A DNA stretch of 64,000 nucleotides from Chiloscyllium plagiosum. Its lineage: Eukaryota. Under the pieces are notes generated by a model. That model ran no database searches and had not been told where the DNA came from. It saw nothing but the letters and a program-made list of their open reading frames with translations. Where the stretch lies: positions 77,364,312 through 77,428,311 of the forward strand of contig NC_057718.1 of assembly GCF_004010195.1 (NCBI RefSeq), given 5' to 3'. The translations under genes were made by a program, and so were the position numbers. Below are positions 52,170 to 63,450 of this stretch, piece after piece. Each line of letters begins with the position of its first letter. Within the stretch, counting starts at the first letter, position 1.

Positions 52170-53255
52170 TTTTCGAATCAACGTGTTTAGCAATGTTATT
52201 GCACACCTCCAGAGCAAGTAGGACTTGAACCCCGGCTTCCTAATGGTAGAGACACTACCACTGCACACAAAAGCCTTGCCTGTGAACGGAAATATTTTTC
52301 CGTCAACTTGTTCAGTGATGTTACTACACATCTCTGGAGCAGATGCAGCTTAAACCCAGGTCTCCTGGATCAGGATTAGGGACACTACCACTGAGAACTC
52401 ATAGATATTTTAAATGAACCTATTTAGACGTATTATGACATACCTCTGGTGAAAATGTGACTTAAACCAGGGTCTTCTAACTCAGACGTAGGGACGCTAT
52501 CATTGCACCACAGGAATTCTACGAATATCAGGGAACTCAGATATTTCCCTGATCAATCTGCTCAGAGATGTTATTACACTCCTTTAGAGAAAGTGGGGCT
52601 TGAACCTAAATGCCCTTGCTCAGAGTTGGAGACACTATCACAGCATCGCAAAAGCCCTGCCTGAGAATTGAGATATATTTTAGTCAACTTGTTCAGGGAT
52701 GTTACTACACACCTTTGGAGCAGGTGAGACTTGAACCCAGGTCTCCTTCATCGGAGATAGGGACACCACCACTGCACCACAGGAGCTTCCTGGTAACCCA
52801 GATATTTCTAACCAACCTATTCAGATGTATTATGACACACCTCTGGTGAAGGTGTGACTTGAACTGTGTCCCGTAATTTAAAGGTAGGGATACTACCACT
52901 GGCACCAGAAGACCCCACTGGGAAGTCACATATACTTTCAATCCAGCAGCTCAGAGATGTCATTACACACGTCTAGAAAAAGTGAGATTTGAATCTGTCT
53001 ATTATTACACACCTCTGGAGCAGATCCTTAGCCTGCTGGACAAACTTTCCTCATTCCTGAAGAAGGGCTTATGCCCGAAACGTCGATTCTCCTGTTCCCT
53101 GGATGCTGCCTGACCTGCTGCGCTTTTCCAGCAACACATTTCCAGCTCTGGAGCAGATCCGACTTGATTCCAGGACCTTTGCCTCAAAGGTAGGGACACA
53201 ACCTTTGGTTTCAACGGGAGTTAAACCGGAAGTCTCCTAGCTCAGAGGTATGAGT
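52170..53255 (-). repeat. Tandem array of tRNA-derived SINE-like units (about 110-140 bp, about 8-9 units)
   Basis: Minus-strand units carry TGGTGCAGTGG (A box) and GGTTCAAGTC (B box). A single copy also lies at about 49290-49390. Confidence 0.8.
53028..53145 (+). mobile_element. Solo PLE pLTR (family A) with intact hammerhead core
   Basis: TSD CTCTGGAGCAGATCC (53013-53027 / 53146-53160). CUGAAGA-a-GGGC(uuau)GCCC-GAAA-cg-UC at 53057-53084. Confidence 0.88.
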
Positions 53256-53560
53256 CTAAACATTGTTGTGGAACACTTTTGTGAACTTGACTTGGCCCAA
53301 GCCTGATTTTATGCGATAAAGTTCTCACAGGCAGAAAGAATTCTTCTTTAGCGTCTTTGAAGGGCTCATTCATTACATTTGGATTAGTTGCTTATTTGCT
53401 CTTTCAGGCTGCTGCTTATGTTCCCACAATTTTTGTGTGTTTTCAAAATGTAAAAACGTATTTTCTTGTGTGTGATATTACAGCACTGTTGGCTGCCTTT
53501 ACAACATTTGTGCTAAAGTCATGTAGGATTGTCTTCTGGATTGACAATAAGGACCAGGAT

Positions 53561-54160
53561 AAGAAGGATCTGGAATAATAAGAAGGAGGTGGAGGCATAA
53601 TCTATAACATTGCTGTAATGAGGAACCAGCTCTTCACAACCAATTAGGCAAAAATAAGTCCTGCAGAAGGAGGTTTAGCATGAAGGCAAGCAAAAGCGGG
53701 TGTAGCATCAATCATCAAGTTCCTATCTTCTAAAGGACAGTTTACTGAAGATTGCATCATTTGTGTCATTCGTCTCATCTTACAATACTTTGCTCTAGAA
53801 GCCAGGTCCCATTGCATAAATTAGCCTGTTCTCATTGTTTGCAGCAGCATGTTAAAATTATAGCAAAGTGAGGGCTGGACTACACTGAAAGATTATAATT
53901 AGGTGACAGTATGAATCGTAACAATCAGGATTGTTCAAATGTTGCTGTTTTGTAGGTGAGATAAATCATCCAGATGATGTAATCTTCAGTAAACTGTCTT
54001 TTGTCAGTTAGGAATTGGTGATTTATACCACTCCTGCTCCTTCTCTTCATGCTGTTCCTCCTCCTGCTAGATTTTTTTGTCTGTTTAGGTGGTTATAAAG
54101 GCTACTTCCCTATGATAGCAATGTTGCCGAACCTCCTCCCTTTCATTCCAGATGCTTTTA
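53561..54160. repeat. Old imperfect inverted repeat (arms about 220 bp, spacer about 160 bp)
   Basis: GACAGTTTACTGAAGATTGCATCAT (53736-53760) pairs with ATGATGTAATCTTCAGTAAACTGTC (53974-53998). Colinear weaker matches extend outward. Confidence 0.8.
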
Positions 54161-54329
54161 TTCAACGTCTTTGTCTTCAAACAACAAAGACAAAGGTAAT
54201 TTCAGTAGCTAAGAGCAAGTACCAGATAATCTTTGCTGTTTGTTTTTTAGTGATATTCGACTTGGCTTACAAAACAGATTTGAACATTCCAATGAGTTTA
54301 GTTATAAGGTTTATAATCTAACAACTCAC

Positions 54330-54465
54330 CAAAGGCAAACAGTGGAATTCGCCCAGTATACTCTGAGAGTTTTCCAAACATCACAGAGAAGATGGAATTT
54401 GAAGCACCAAAACAGATCATAACATAACCAACAAATTGTATTCCAATTGTACAAGTGACATATGC
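54330..54465 (-). CDS. UNC93A: UNC93A coding exon (136 nt)
   Basis: ccacAG acceptor and GTgagt donor. Encodes AYVTCTIGIQFVGYVMICFGASNSIFSVMFGKLSEYTGRIPLFAF. Not shown in the ORF track. Confidence 0.95.
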
Positions 54466-55079
54466 CTGTGGTTAGAAAATAAAGAATATGAGTATCAGTT
54501 AAGTCTACATGATTTGGTATTCTGTCAATCAGAGAATATTCCTTTTAAATCTACTTTGTTTCCAACTCCCAAAGCTTTACGAATCTATGTCACAATATTA
54601 TCTCAATGGCTTTCATTTTTGGAAAATCGTGGTTTAACATACCTTCAACTTATTCACTTATTCTTTCAGCATTCTACACCAAACTCCATCAGATCCATGA
54701 GGTTTGAATATATCATAGCCTATTACTTTCACTACTAAAGAAAATTAAATCCATTATGTTCATCCCAGAGCTGAAGACTTGATCACATTGGTTTTTGGGT
54801 GAAGGGCTTATTATATGCAACTGTGCATCTGATCTTGGTAATGTAGATATTACCACAAATGTCATGCTGCCTGCTTGTCAGCGTCATTGTGGTGCGCAGC
54901 CCGCTGTGACATTCAGAGCACAGTATGTACTTGAATAGCATGCATTTCAGCTAGCCTGCATTTCTTAAATGCAACTCGCAAATTTTAAAAGTGAGGTGCA
55001 TTCTGGTTCTAACAGCTCGTAGAAGTATTTGAAGATGTATTACAGAGAAGGAATAAACACTCCAATGGAGGAGAAGACA

Positions 55080-55300
55080 GATGGTTACCAAGTTCGCAGA
55101 TGTATTGTTGATGGTCTTAGCAGAGGAAGTAGCAAATCAGGGAAAAGTCATATTTCACAGTAGGATGGGGTCTTCAAGGCATACACTACACATAGAATAG
55201 TGGAAGGTAGTCACAAATGTCAATATAAGGAGCCTGGCTCTGAGGATTTGGCTACGGTGCTGTAAAAACTACAGTGACCTTATCAGTGACTAAAAGTCAG
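55080..55300 (+). pseudogene. Myb/SANT-like (Harbinger partner protein) fossil exon
   Basis: VLAEEVANQGKVIF...VVTNVNIRSLALRIWLRCCKNYSDL pattern. Confidence 0.5.
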
Positions 55301-56059
55301 GGAATGCATCTTCAAATACCATCTTCTATCTCCTACATCAGCAACCCCCACATGATTTGATGCTTCACACCCCATTAGTTATTCATAAGCTTAACATTTA
55401 GATGTTACAGTTCACTCTCAGACTCTTAACAATGATGGTATCTTGCAGGTTCCAAATATTGCTGGGTCATCAGCAATGAGAAGTAATTATCCAAATGCAT
55501 TGAAACAAACTTACTGATACTCTTTATTTCTGTTATTGGACAAGGTTACTCTGCGAGTACAGCAAGTTAGCATCAATGTGAGTCTGCATTATCACATCAT
55601 TTGTGTCTTTCAGTTGGACACAAAAGCAGAAATTGCAGGAAAAACTCAGCAGATCTGGCAGCATCTATAAAGACAAAGCACAGTTCTGAAGATGAGTCAC
55701 TGGACCTGCAATGTTAACTGTGATTCCTCTCCACAGATGTTGCCAGACCTGCTAAGCTTTTTTCCAGCAATTTCTGTTTTTGGTTCTGAGTTTCAACATC
55801 TATAGTTCTTTCGTTTTGTTATTTAACATTTCAGGTTCAGTGAATCTTCTTCAGAACTTCTTCTTTCATTTGGACAATTGGCTTAAATCAGCAGATGTCA
55901 TTACAGTTGAAGTGTACAGTTAAGAAATTCACCTTTGAAATATTTAACATCCAAATCAATGAATTGAATAGAGTAGAGGCAGGTGATGTTTTGAGAGGAG
56001 TAAAGTAAGTGTGGGACCTTTGGACGATGTAACTGGGCAATTGATAAGGGGGAACAGGG

Positions 56060-56990
56060 AAATGACAGATAATTTAAACCAATATTTTGCATCAGTCTTC
56101 ACCATTGAGGACACTACAAACACCCCAAAGATACCACAAATGCAAGGTTATTCAAGAAGGGAGGAGGGATAAACCAGGAAACTGCAGATGAGTCAACTTA
56201 ACCTCAGTGGTGGACAAACCATTGGAAGCAATTCTGCAGAACAGAATTAATCAGCATTTAGAAAGGCAGACATTCATCCTGAATAAACAGCATAGGCATT
56301 TCTTTCAGGGGAAGTCATATGTGATTAATTTTTTTTTAAGAGGTGACCAGATGTGTAGATGAGGGCAATGCATTTGATGTGGTATACATAGACTTCCGCA
56401 AGGTTTTTGGTAAGGTCCTACATGGGAGACTGATAGCAAAGGTCAGCCCATGATTACAAGGAATTTGGTGAATTGAATCCAAAACTGACGAAGTGGAAAG
56501 AAGCACAGAGTGATAGTCAAGGAGTGTCTTTGTGTCTGAAGGCCTGTGTCCAATTGGGTTCCACAGGAATCAGTGTTGGCGCCCTTGCTGTTTGTACCAT
56601 AGATAAATAATTTAGACTTGAATGTAAGAGGGTTGATCAGTACATTTGTGGATAATATGGCAATTGGTAGTAAGTAGTGAGGACAGCCTCAGATTATAGG
56701 AAAATAAAGACAGGCTGGTCAGATAGGCTGATCAATGGCAGATGGAATTCAATCACAGGTAAGCATGAGGTGATGCACTTAGGAAGAACAAATAATGATG
56801 AACATTAGGAGCCTGTAAGCATTGTGGATTAAAGGGAATCTGTGCATATTGACTAGTCACTTAGGGTGCTGAGACAGGTATATGAAGTGGTGAAGAAGGC
56901 ACATGGGATACCTACCTTTATTGGTTGAGACGTTTGGTTTAAGAGCAAGGAGCTGGAACTGTATAAGATGTTGGTTGGGCCACACCTCAG
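56060..56990 (+). mobile_element. Old CR1 LINE RT fragment
   Basis: Degenerate LTSVVDKPLE, DVVYIDFRKVF, GVPQESVLAP-like and WQMEFN motifs. Confidence 0.7.
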
Positions 56991-57046
56991 GAAGAACATA
57001 CTCAGCTACAGTAATATGAGCAGCTACGGAATTCATATTATAGGAG

Positions 57047-57990
57047 GAATAAGACCATAAGACATAGGAGTGGAAGTAAGGCCATTCGGCCCATCGAGTG
57101 CACTCCGCCATTCAATCATGGCTGATGGGCATTTCAACGCCGCTTACCCACACTCTTCCCGTATCCCTTAATTTCTTGCGAGATTAAGAATTAATCAATC
57201 TCTGCCTTGAAGACATTTAATGCCCGGCCTCCACTGCGCTCTGTGGCAAGGAATTCCACAGGCCCACCACTCTCTGGTTGAACAAATGCTTCCTCATTTC
57301 CATTTTAATTTGACCCCCTCTAATTCTAAGGCTGTACCCACAGGTCCTAGTATCCCCACCCGACGGAAACAAATTCCCAGAGTCCATCCTTTCTAAGCCA
57401 TGCATTATCTTGTAAGTTTCTATTAGATCTCCCCTCAACCTTCTAAACTCTAATGAATACAATCCCAGGATCCTCAGCCGTTCATCGTATGTTAGGCCTA
57501 CCATTCCAGGGATCATCGTGTGAATCTCCACTGGTCACGCTCCAGTGCCAGTACGTCCTTCCTGAGGTGTGGTGCCTAAAACTGGACACAGTATTCTAAA
57601 TGGGGCCTAACCAGAGGTTTATAAAGTCTCAGTAGCACACCGCTGCTTTTACATTCCAACCCTCTTGAGATAAATGACAACATTACTTTTGTTTTCTTAA
57701 CCACAAACTCAACCTGCAAGTCAACCTTTAGAGAACACCGGACTAGCACTCCCAGATCCCTTTGTACTTTGGCTTTTGGACTTTTCTCACCATTTAGAAA
57801 ATAGTCCGTCCCTGTATTCTTTTCTCCGAAGTGCAAGACCTCGCATTTGCTCACATTGAATTTCATCAGCTATTTCTTGCACCACTCTCCTAAACTGTCA
57901 AAATCTTTCTGCAGCCTTCCCACCTCCTCAGAACTACCTGCCTGTCCGTGTAACTTTGTATCATCGGCGAACTCCGCCAGAATGCTCCGC
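57047..57990 (-). mobile_element. CR1 LINE 3' part
   Basis: FADDTKL, MKFNVSKCEVLHFG, LVRPHLEYCVQF and RRLRGDLIETYK motifs. Confidence 0.9.
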
Positions 57991-58117
57991 CAGAATGGAG
58001 AAAGTGAGAACTGCAGATGCTGGAGGTCAGAGCTGAAAAATGTGTTGCTGGAAAAGTGCAGCAGATCAGGCAGCATCAAAAGAGCAGGAGAATCAACGTT
58101 TTGGGCATAAGCCCTTT

Positions 58118-58545
58118 AGAGTGGCTTTCAAAGTTTGTGCGAAGATTTGTAGCTCGGGTGTTCGTTGTTGTGGTTCGGTTCGCCGAGCTGGAAGTTTTTG
58201 TTGCAAACGTTTCGTCTCCTGGCTAGGCGACATCATCAGTGCTTGGGAGCCTCCTGCGAAGCGCATCTTTGATGTTTCCTCCGGTGTTTATAGTAGTCTG
58301 TCCCTGCCGCTTCCGTTCATGTATGCGGATTGTTAGCTGTCTTCCTGTTTGTCCTATACAGTGTTTTGTGCAGTCCTTGAATGGTATTTTGTACACTACA
58401 TTAGTTTTGCTCATGTCGGGTATCGGGTGCTTCGTTCTGGTGAGTTGTTGTCTGAGCGTGGCTGTTGGTTTGTGTGCCATTATGAGTCCTAGGGGTCGCA
58501 GTAGTCTGGCTGTCAGTTGGGAGATACTCCTGCCACAACACACTG
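58118..58545 (-). mobile_element. PLE family C fragment (GIY-YIG plus pLTR)
   Basis: NVVYKIPFKDCTKHCIGQTGRQLTIRIHE. Hammerhead core at 58203-58242. Preceded by a family A pLTR piece at about 57997-58115. Confidence 0.8.
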
Positions 58546-61489
58546 CAGTACACCAGAACTGTGGAATTGATATAGGGGAACTGGTAGATGCAGTGTATTT
58601 GGTTTTCCAAAAGACATTTGATAAGATACCATATAAAAGGTCATTACACAAGATAGGAACTCATGCTTTTGGACGAAGTGTATTAGCATGGTTAACATTC
58701 AGGTGACAGTGTATCTGAATTAATAATTGAGTGCAACAAGGAACCATCTTCAGGCCTCAATTAATGCCTTGGATGAGGAGAAGAATGCAATGTATCCAAA
58801 TTTGCTGATAATTCAAAAATATATGGGAGTGCATGTTGTTATGAGGACATAAGGAATCTGCAGGGGGATAAACATAGTTTGAGTAAATGGGCAGATTTAT
58901 CTTTTTGTAGGTCATGCAGTTTAGTAGGGCAAGTCAAAAGGTAGACCATTTTTTAAATAGATCGGTTCCAAAAAAAAAGTGCAGGAGGTTCTGAATGTTC
59001 TAGTGCATGGAACACAAAGTTATCATGCAGGTGAAACAAGAAACTTAGAAGGCAAATGGACATTTGTCCTTAATTGCTCAGAGTTTGGAGTTTAAAAACA
59101 GTTGTGATACAATTGTTTAGGGTGTTGGTGAGACCAAATCTATGTACTGATTTGGTCCTCATATTTAAAAAAATGTACTGACATTGGAGGCTGTTCAGAA
59201 GGGGCTCACCAGAGTGATATCTAGATTTAAGAGGTTGACTTATCAAGATCCTCCAACAGGTTAAACCATTGTTCATTTGAGTTAAGGATGTACCAAATTA
59301 ATCTACCAAATTCAGTCTATTTGAATTAATTTTGGGGCATGAGATGAGCGGACCATGAAATTAATTAAAGAGAAATTGGTGAGTCAGAGTTCAGAGGTCA
59401 CATATTTAAACTATGTGTCAAATTTTAGAGGGTTCTGGTCTGGTCCATAACAATGGCCACTGCGTGTACAAATGTTACTTGCCACTTATCAGCCTGACCC
59501 TGGATATGGTCTTGATCTTTTTGCATTTGAACATGGACTGCTTCAGTATCTGAGGAGTCACGAACATGCTGAACATTGCACAATCATTGGCAAACATCCC
59601 ACTTCTAAGCTTAACATGGACGGAAGGTCATTGATGAAGAAACTGAAGCTGATTGGTTTAGGAGGATACTCTGAGGAACTCGTAAAGAAATGTCCTGGAG
59701 CTGAGATGATTGACCCCAAACAATCACAACCAGTTTCCTATGCGCCCAATATGACTCCAAACAGTAAAGGGTTTGCCCCCATTAGCTATTCATTCCAGTT
59801 TTGCTAGGGCTCCTTAATGCCACACTCAGTTGAATGTGGCCACTGATGTCAAGGGTTGTCACTGTCACCTCATCTCTGGAATTCAGCTTTGTCATGCTTG
59901 ACCTAAGATCAGAGGTTGAGTGATCCTGGTGAAATCCAAATTGGACATTGGTGAATACCTGAAACATATAAAACACTGAGGGGGTAGTAGGGCTGCCCAT
60001 AACTGAAAAGCACAAAATGAACAATGGTTACCACTCAATGACACAGTCTTTCATAAAATTGGAAAAGAAGGAAAAATTTTGAAGAAGTATCCTCAAGGTG
60101 GATACAGATGAAGAGAATTGGGGAGTTTTGAGTCCATGCATGTTGTTAATGAGTAATCATTCACTGAACTTGAAGCTTGATAAGAACTATTCCGGCACCT
60201 CACAAGTGACTATCAATGATACAAATATTTCAGTAATAGGCCCAGCAATCACTTCCCTAGCTTCCTACAGAGTTCTAGGGTACACCTGATCAGGTTCTGG
60301 AGATTTATCCACTTTGTGCATTTCAAGACATCCAACACTTCCGCTTCTGTAATATGGACATTTTTCAAGATGTCGCCATCTATTTCCCTACATTCTATAT
60401 CATGCAGAGGGTGGTACGTGCATGGAATGAGCTGCCAGAGAAAGTGGTGGAGGTTAGTACAATTGCAACATTTAAAAGGCATTTGGATGGGTATATGAAT
60501 AAGAAGGGTTTGGAGGGATATGGGTCGGGGGACTAGAATGGGTTGGGATATCTGGTCGGCATGGATGAGTTGGACTGAAGATTCTGTTTCTGTGCTGTAC
60601 CTCTCTATGACTCTATTAGTAACTTTTACTCGTCCACAGATCAATCAATGTATTGTTGTGAACAAGAGCTGCATCAGTTCACACCCTCAGCTCAGATTGT
60701 CTGCAATCTGAATTTCAGACACTACTTGTTTAAGCAATTGTTTACAATGCCTGCCATTCTTTCAAATGCTTTTTTTCAAAATGGTTCTTTCTCATTTAAG
60801 TTCAGTTTTAAAACTACATAAATAAAATACACAGTCGTACAATTCAAACAATAATGTTCAATACTCCCTGTCATTCACTATGTTTCTTCTGTACTTTGCA
60901 CTTCTGAATATTCTATAATCCCTGTCATACCCTTAAAACCTGCAACCTTCCACCATTTCAGCCAGTTCCTGCTAAGCGATTATAAGTTTGCCGTTGTAAC
61001 AATCCACATCCCAATATCTCCCTGTCCACTTTACCCTCCCATGATTAAGGCCACGGCATCATCACATTTTGCGACTCCCTGCATCCCCTCATGAGTCCAT
61101 GTGATTCCTGATAATGATTTCCCATTAACTAGTTCTAAGTTCCCCTCATAATTGTAATCATGTGTTCTGTGATCCAACACTACAACAGATATCATTGTAT
61201 ATCAGTCTTTGTAGCAAACCTATCACCCTGTGATTTCCTGTGATTTATAGCAATGGCTTCAAACTCTCTAGGAAAAGAAAGAAACTGTTATGTAGTCAAT
61301 TCTTCCAAACCTGGACAAACAGTGCACCACATCCATGGACAGACAAGTTCCTAACTTTTGATCCACTGATCCCCACTCCCCTTAGCTGTTTCAGTCACAA
61401 TATTCCTGCCTCCCCTTAGTCATTTGGCATCTAATATGCTCTTCACCACAGACTGCCTTTCTCCCCTTAACCATGCCTTTAATATAGTC

Positions 61490-61586
61490 GAGGGTGTGGT
61501 GCTGGAAAAGCACAGCAGGTCAGGTTGTATCTGAGGAGCAGGAAAATTGACGTTTTGAGCATAAGCCCTTCATCTGGATGTCTCCT
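61490..61586 (-). mobile_element. Solo PLE pLTR (family A, diverged)
   Basis: TSD ATG(C/T)CTTTAATATAGTC (61473-61489 / 61587-61603). Confidence 0.8.
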
Positions 61587-61843
61587 ATGTCTTTAATATA
61601 GTCTACAGACAGCCTCCTTTCCTCCCCTTCACCTGTACCTGGAAAGTTTTCAACACAATTCATGGCAACAATCACTGAGGGTGCATTGATGTAACAGCAC
61701 AGCAGTAAGTACTTAATCTGATATTCTGGAAGGGAAGGTCACCTATTCATGTTACATAGTATCTGAGATGGCCTTCTTGATTAGACATAATTGGGAAATA
61801 TGAGGTCATTGAAGATTATCATTAATGCCTTTCGTATTCTTAC

Positions 61844-62055
61844 CTTTGTATAATCTCCGGCAAGGAAGCCTTGTTCAAACCCACTGTACATTGTCATGAC
61901 AATGAGTAGACATTGACGCTTGTCCTTTAGGTGTGTAAAGGTCGCCACTAAGACAGCCCAAATATTTACATCCTTCCCTTTGAAATCCTCTATTTCCTTC
62001 TTATCAAGTTGATCCAGAAAAAAAGCAACAAGGAGTACTCCACCGACACCAACAC
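61844..62055 (-). CDS. UNC93A: UNC93A coding exon (212 nt). Upstream exons lie beyond the window.
   Basis: cccatAG acceptor and GTaaga donor. Encodes GVGVGGVLLVAFFLDQL...ATFTHLKDKRQCLLIVMTMYSGFEQGFLAGDYTK. Confidence 0.95.
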
Positions 62056-62469
62056 CTATGGGAAGGATAAAGCAGTATTAGAACAAGCAGTCAGGTGACC
62101 AAGGATGCTTCTCTCTAGAGCGCTTCAAATTTTTCCAAGCACAGACTGGATTGAACCTTACATTGTTTTTTTTGGGTAAGTGACAACTGTGCAGAGTTTT
62201 ATTTTGGAGGTTTTTTTTTGCCATGAGGCCTCAGGCAGTTATTTAATGAGGTGAACTTGGTAAGATATGATGAGGCATTGGGTCTCAACATATCTGACCA
62301 AATTCATCTCATTAACTATCTGCCCAACTCCTATGGCATTCCTCTCATTTGATTCTATTCACATCTTACCCATGGGTATTTCCAGGATGTTTCAAAATTG
62401 ACTGGCATCCAGACAAGCACTATCAGTCAAGAGCTGCCCTGGATATTTTCCCAGGTCATGGCAGACTAG

Positions 62470-63450
62470 AGAAATTTGACATCATGCTTTGCGGGCAGGG
62501 GCCTGAAGGTCCTTTTTGATAGGGTGGTGCAGAGGTGGCCATGACACTAAGCCAAGCCAGCCCAGTCCAAGGTTGCCACTCAGGTCTGCGCAGTCTCGAC
62601 CATCTGGAGGAATATACAGCAATGCAGAAGATCAATGACCTTCTCCACTCAGCAGTGTAAGTGCCACCATCTTCTCTTCAGTACCTCAATTTTTTTCTCT
62701 GCCCACCAATGCTCATACTCACTACTGCCTGCAAAATCTTCCCTCATCCATTTGCACCACCTAAATCCTAGCCCTGCATGCCTTCTGCATTGCCTACTTA
62801 CTTGCTCAAGACATCGTTCCACCCATGTCAAAATTAACAGTTATATCTTCCACTTTCAACTCCCTAATACTTGCTCATTTCAGTGGTGAAATGGCCCACA
62901 ACAGAGTAGAATGAATCAAAATGGGTGTTGGGCTATCCAAATTAGGCTTATTATCTCAAATGTGGAAAGCAACCTGACTGACCACCGAACAGCTGACTGA
63001 TCAGGTTCAATCCCCTGTACTGGTTTTGGAGTCTGTCCTTGACTTACTGAACCAGAACCCCCTAACTGAAAGCTATCTTCATTGACTTGACTGAGAACTG
63101 CTGACAACCATGACAAGCTTCCTGGTTTTGTGTCTGTGCTGAACAGCACAGCAAAACTGACAGCCTGGGTTCTTGGTCTGAGATAGCAAGCAAACAGCCA
63201 GAATTGCAGCCCAGTCCTGTCCATGAGCTGGTAAATATCACAGAGCACACAGCTTGCAGAGATGCAGCCTTGGACTTCTGGCACATATTGTAAGTGGATC
63301 ATAGATGTCCCATGAGAGTTCTTAGAGGATGAGACATGTTCGATGCTAATTTCTATGTATTTGGAGTGCACGTGGCCAGTGGCAATGAAATAAGATGTTG
63401 GTGGTCTGTTTCAAACATGGAGGCTCTTTAGAGCGTGTGGCAAGCTGAAG
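62470..63450. mobile_element. PIF/Harbinger fossil: Myb/SANT-like remnant (plus, about 62470-62660) convergent with transposase remnant (minus, about 63200-63450)
   Basis: LKVLFDRVVQR...KVATQVCAVSTIWRNIQQCR.INDLL on plus. LQYVPEVQGCISASCVLCDI on minus. Confidence 0.5.

Noticed and set aside
52170..53255. Repeat-spacer appearance (CRISPR-like) or a true tRNA gene cluster
   Set aside because: The context is vertebrate, the units are homologous along their whole length, and the cloverleaf stems are degenerate.
54640..54736. Exon-like AG...GT segment on the minus strand within UNC93A
   Set aside because: It resembles a decayed CR1 PGPDG..PRMLKE fragment, and the flanking real exons already join in frame.
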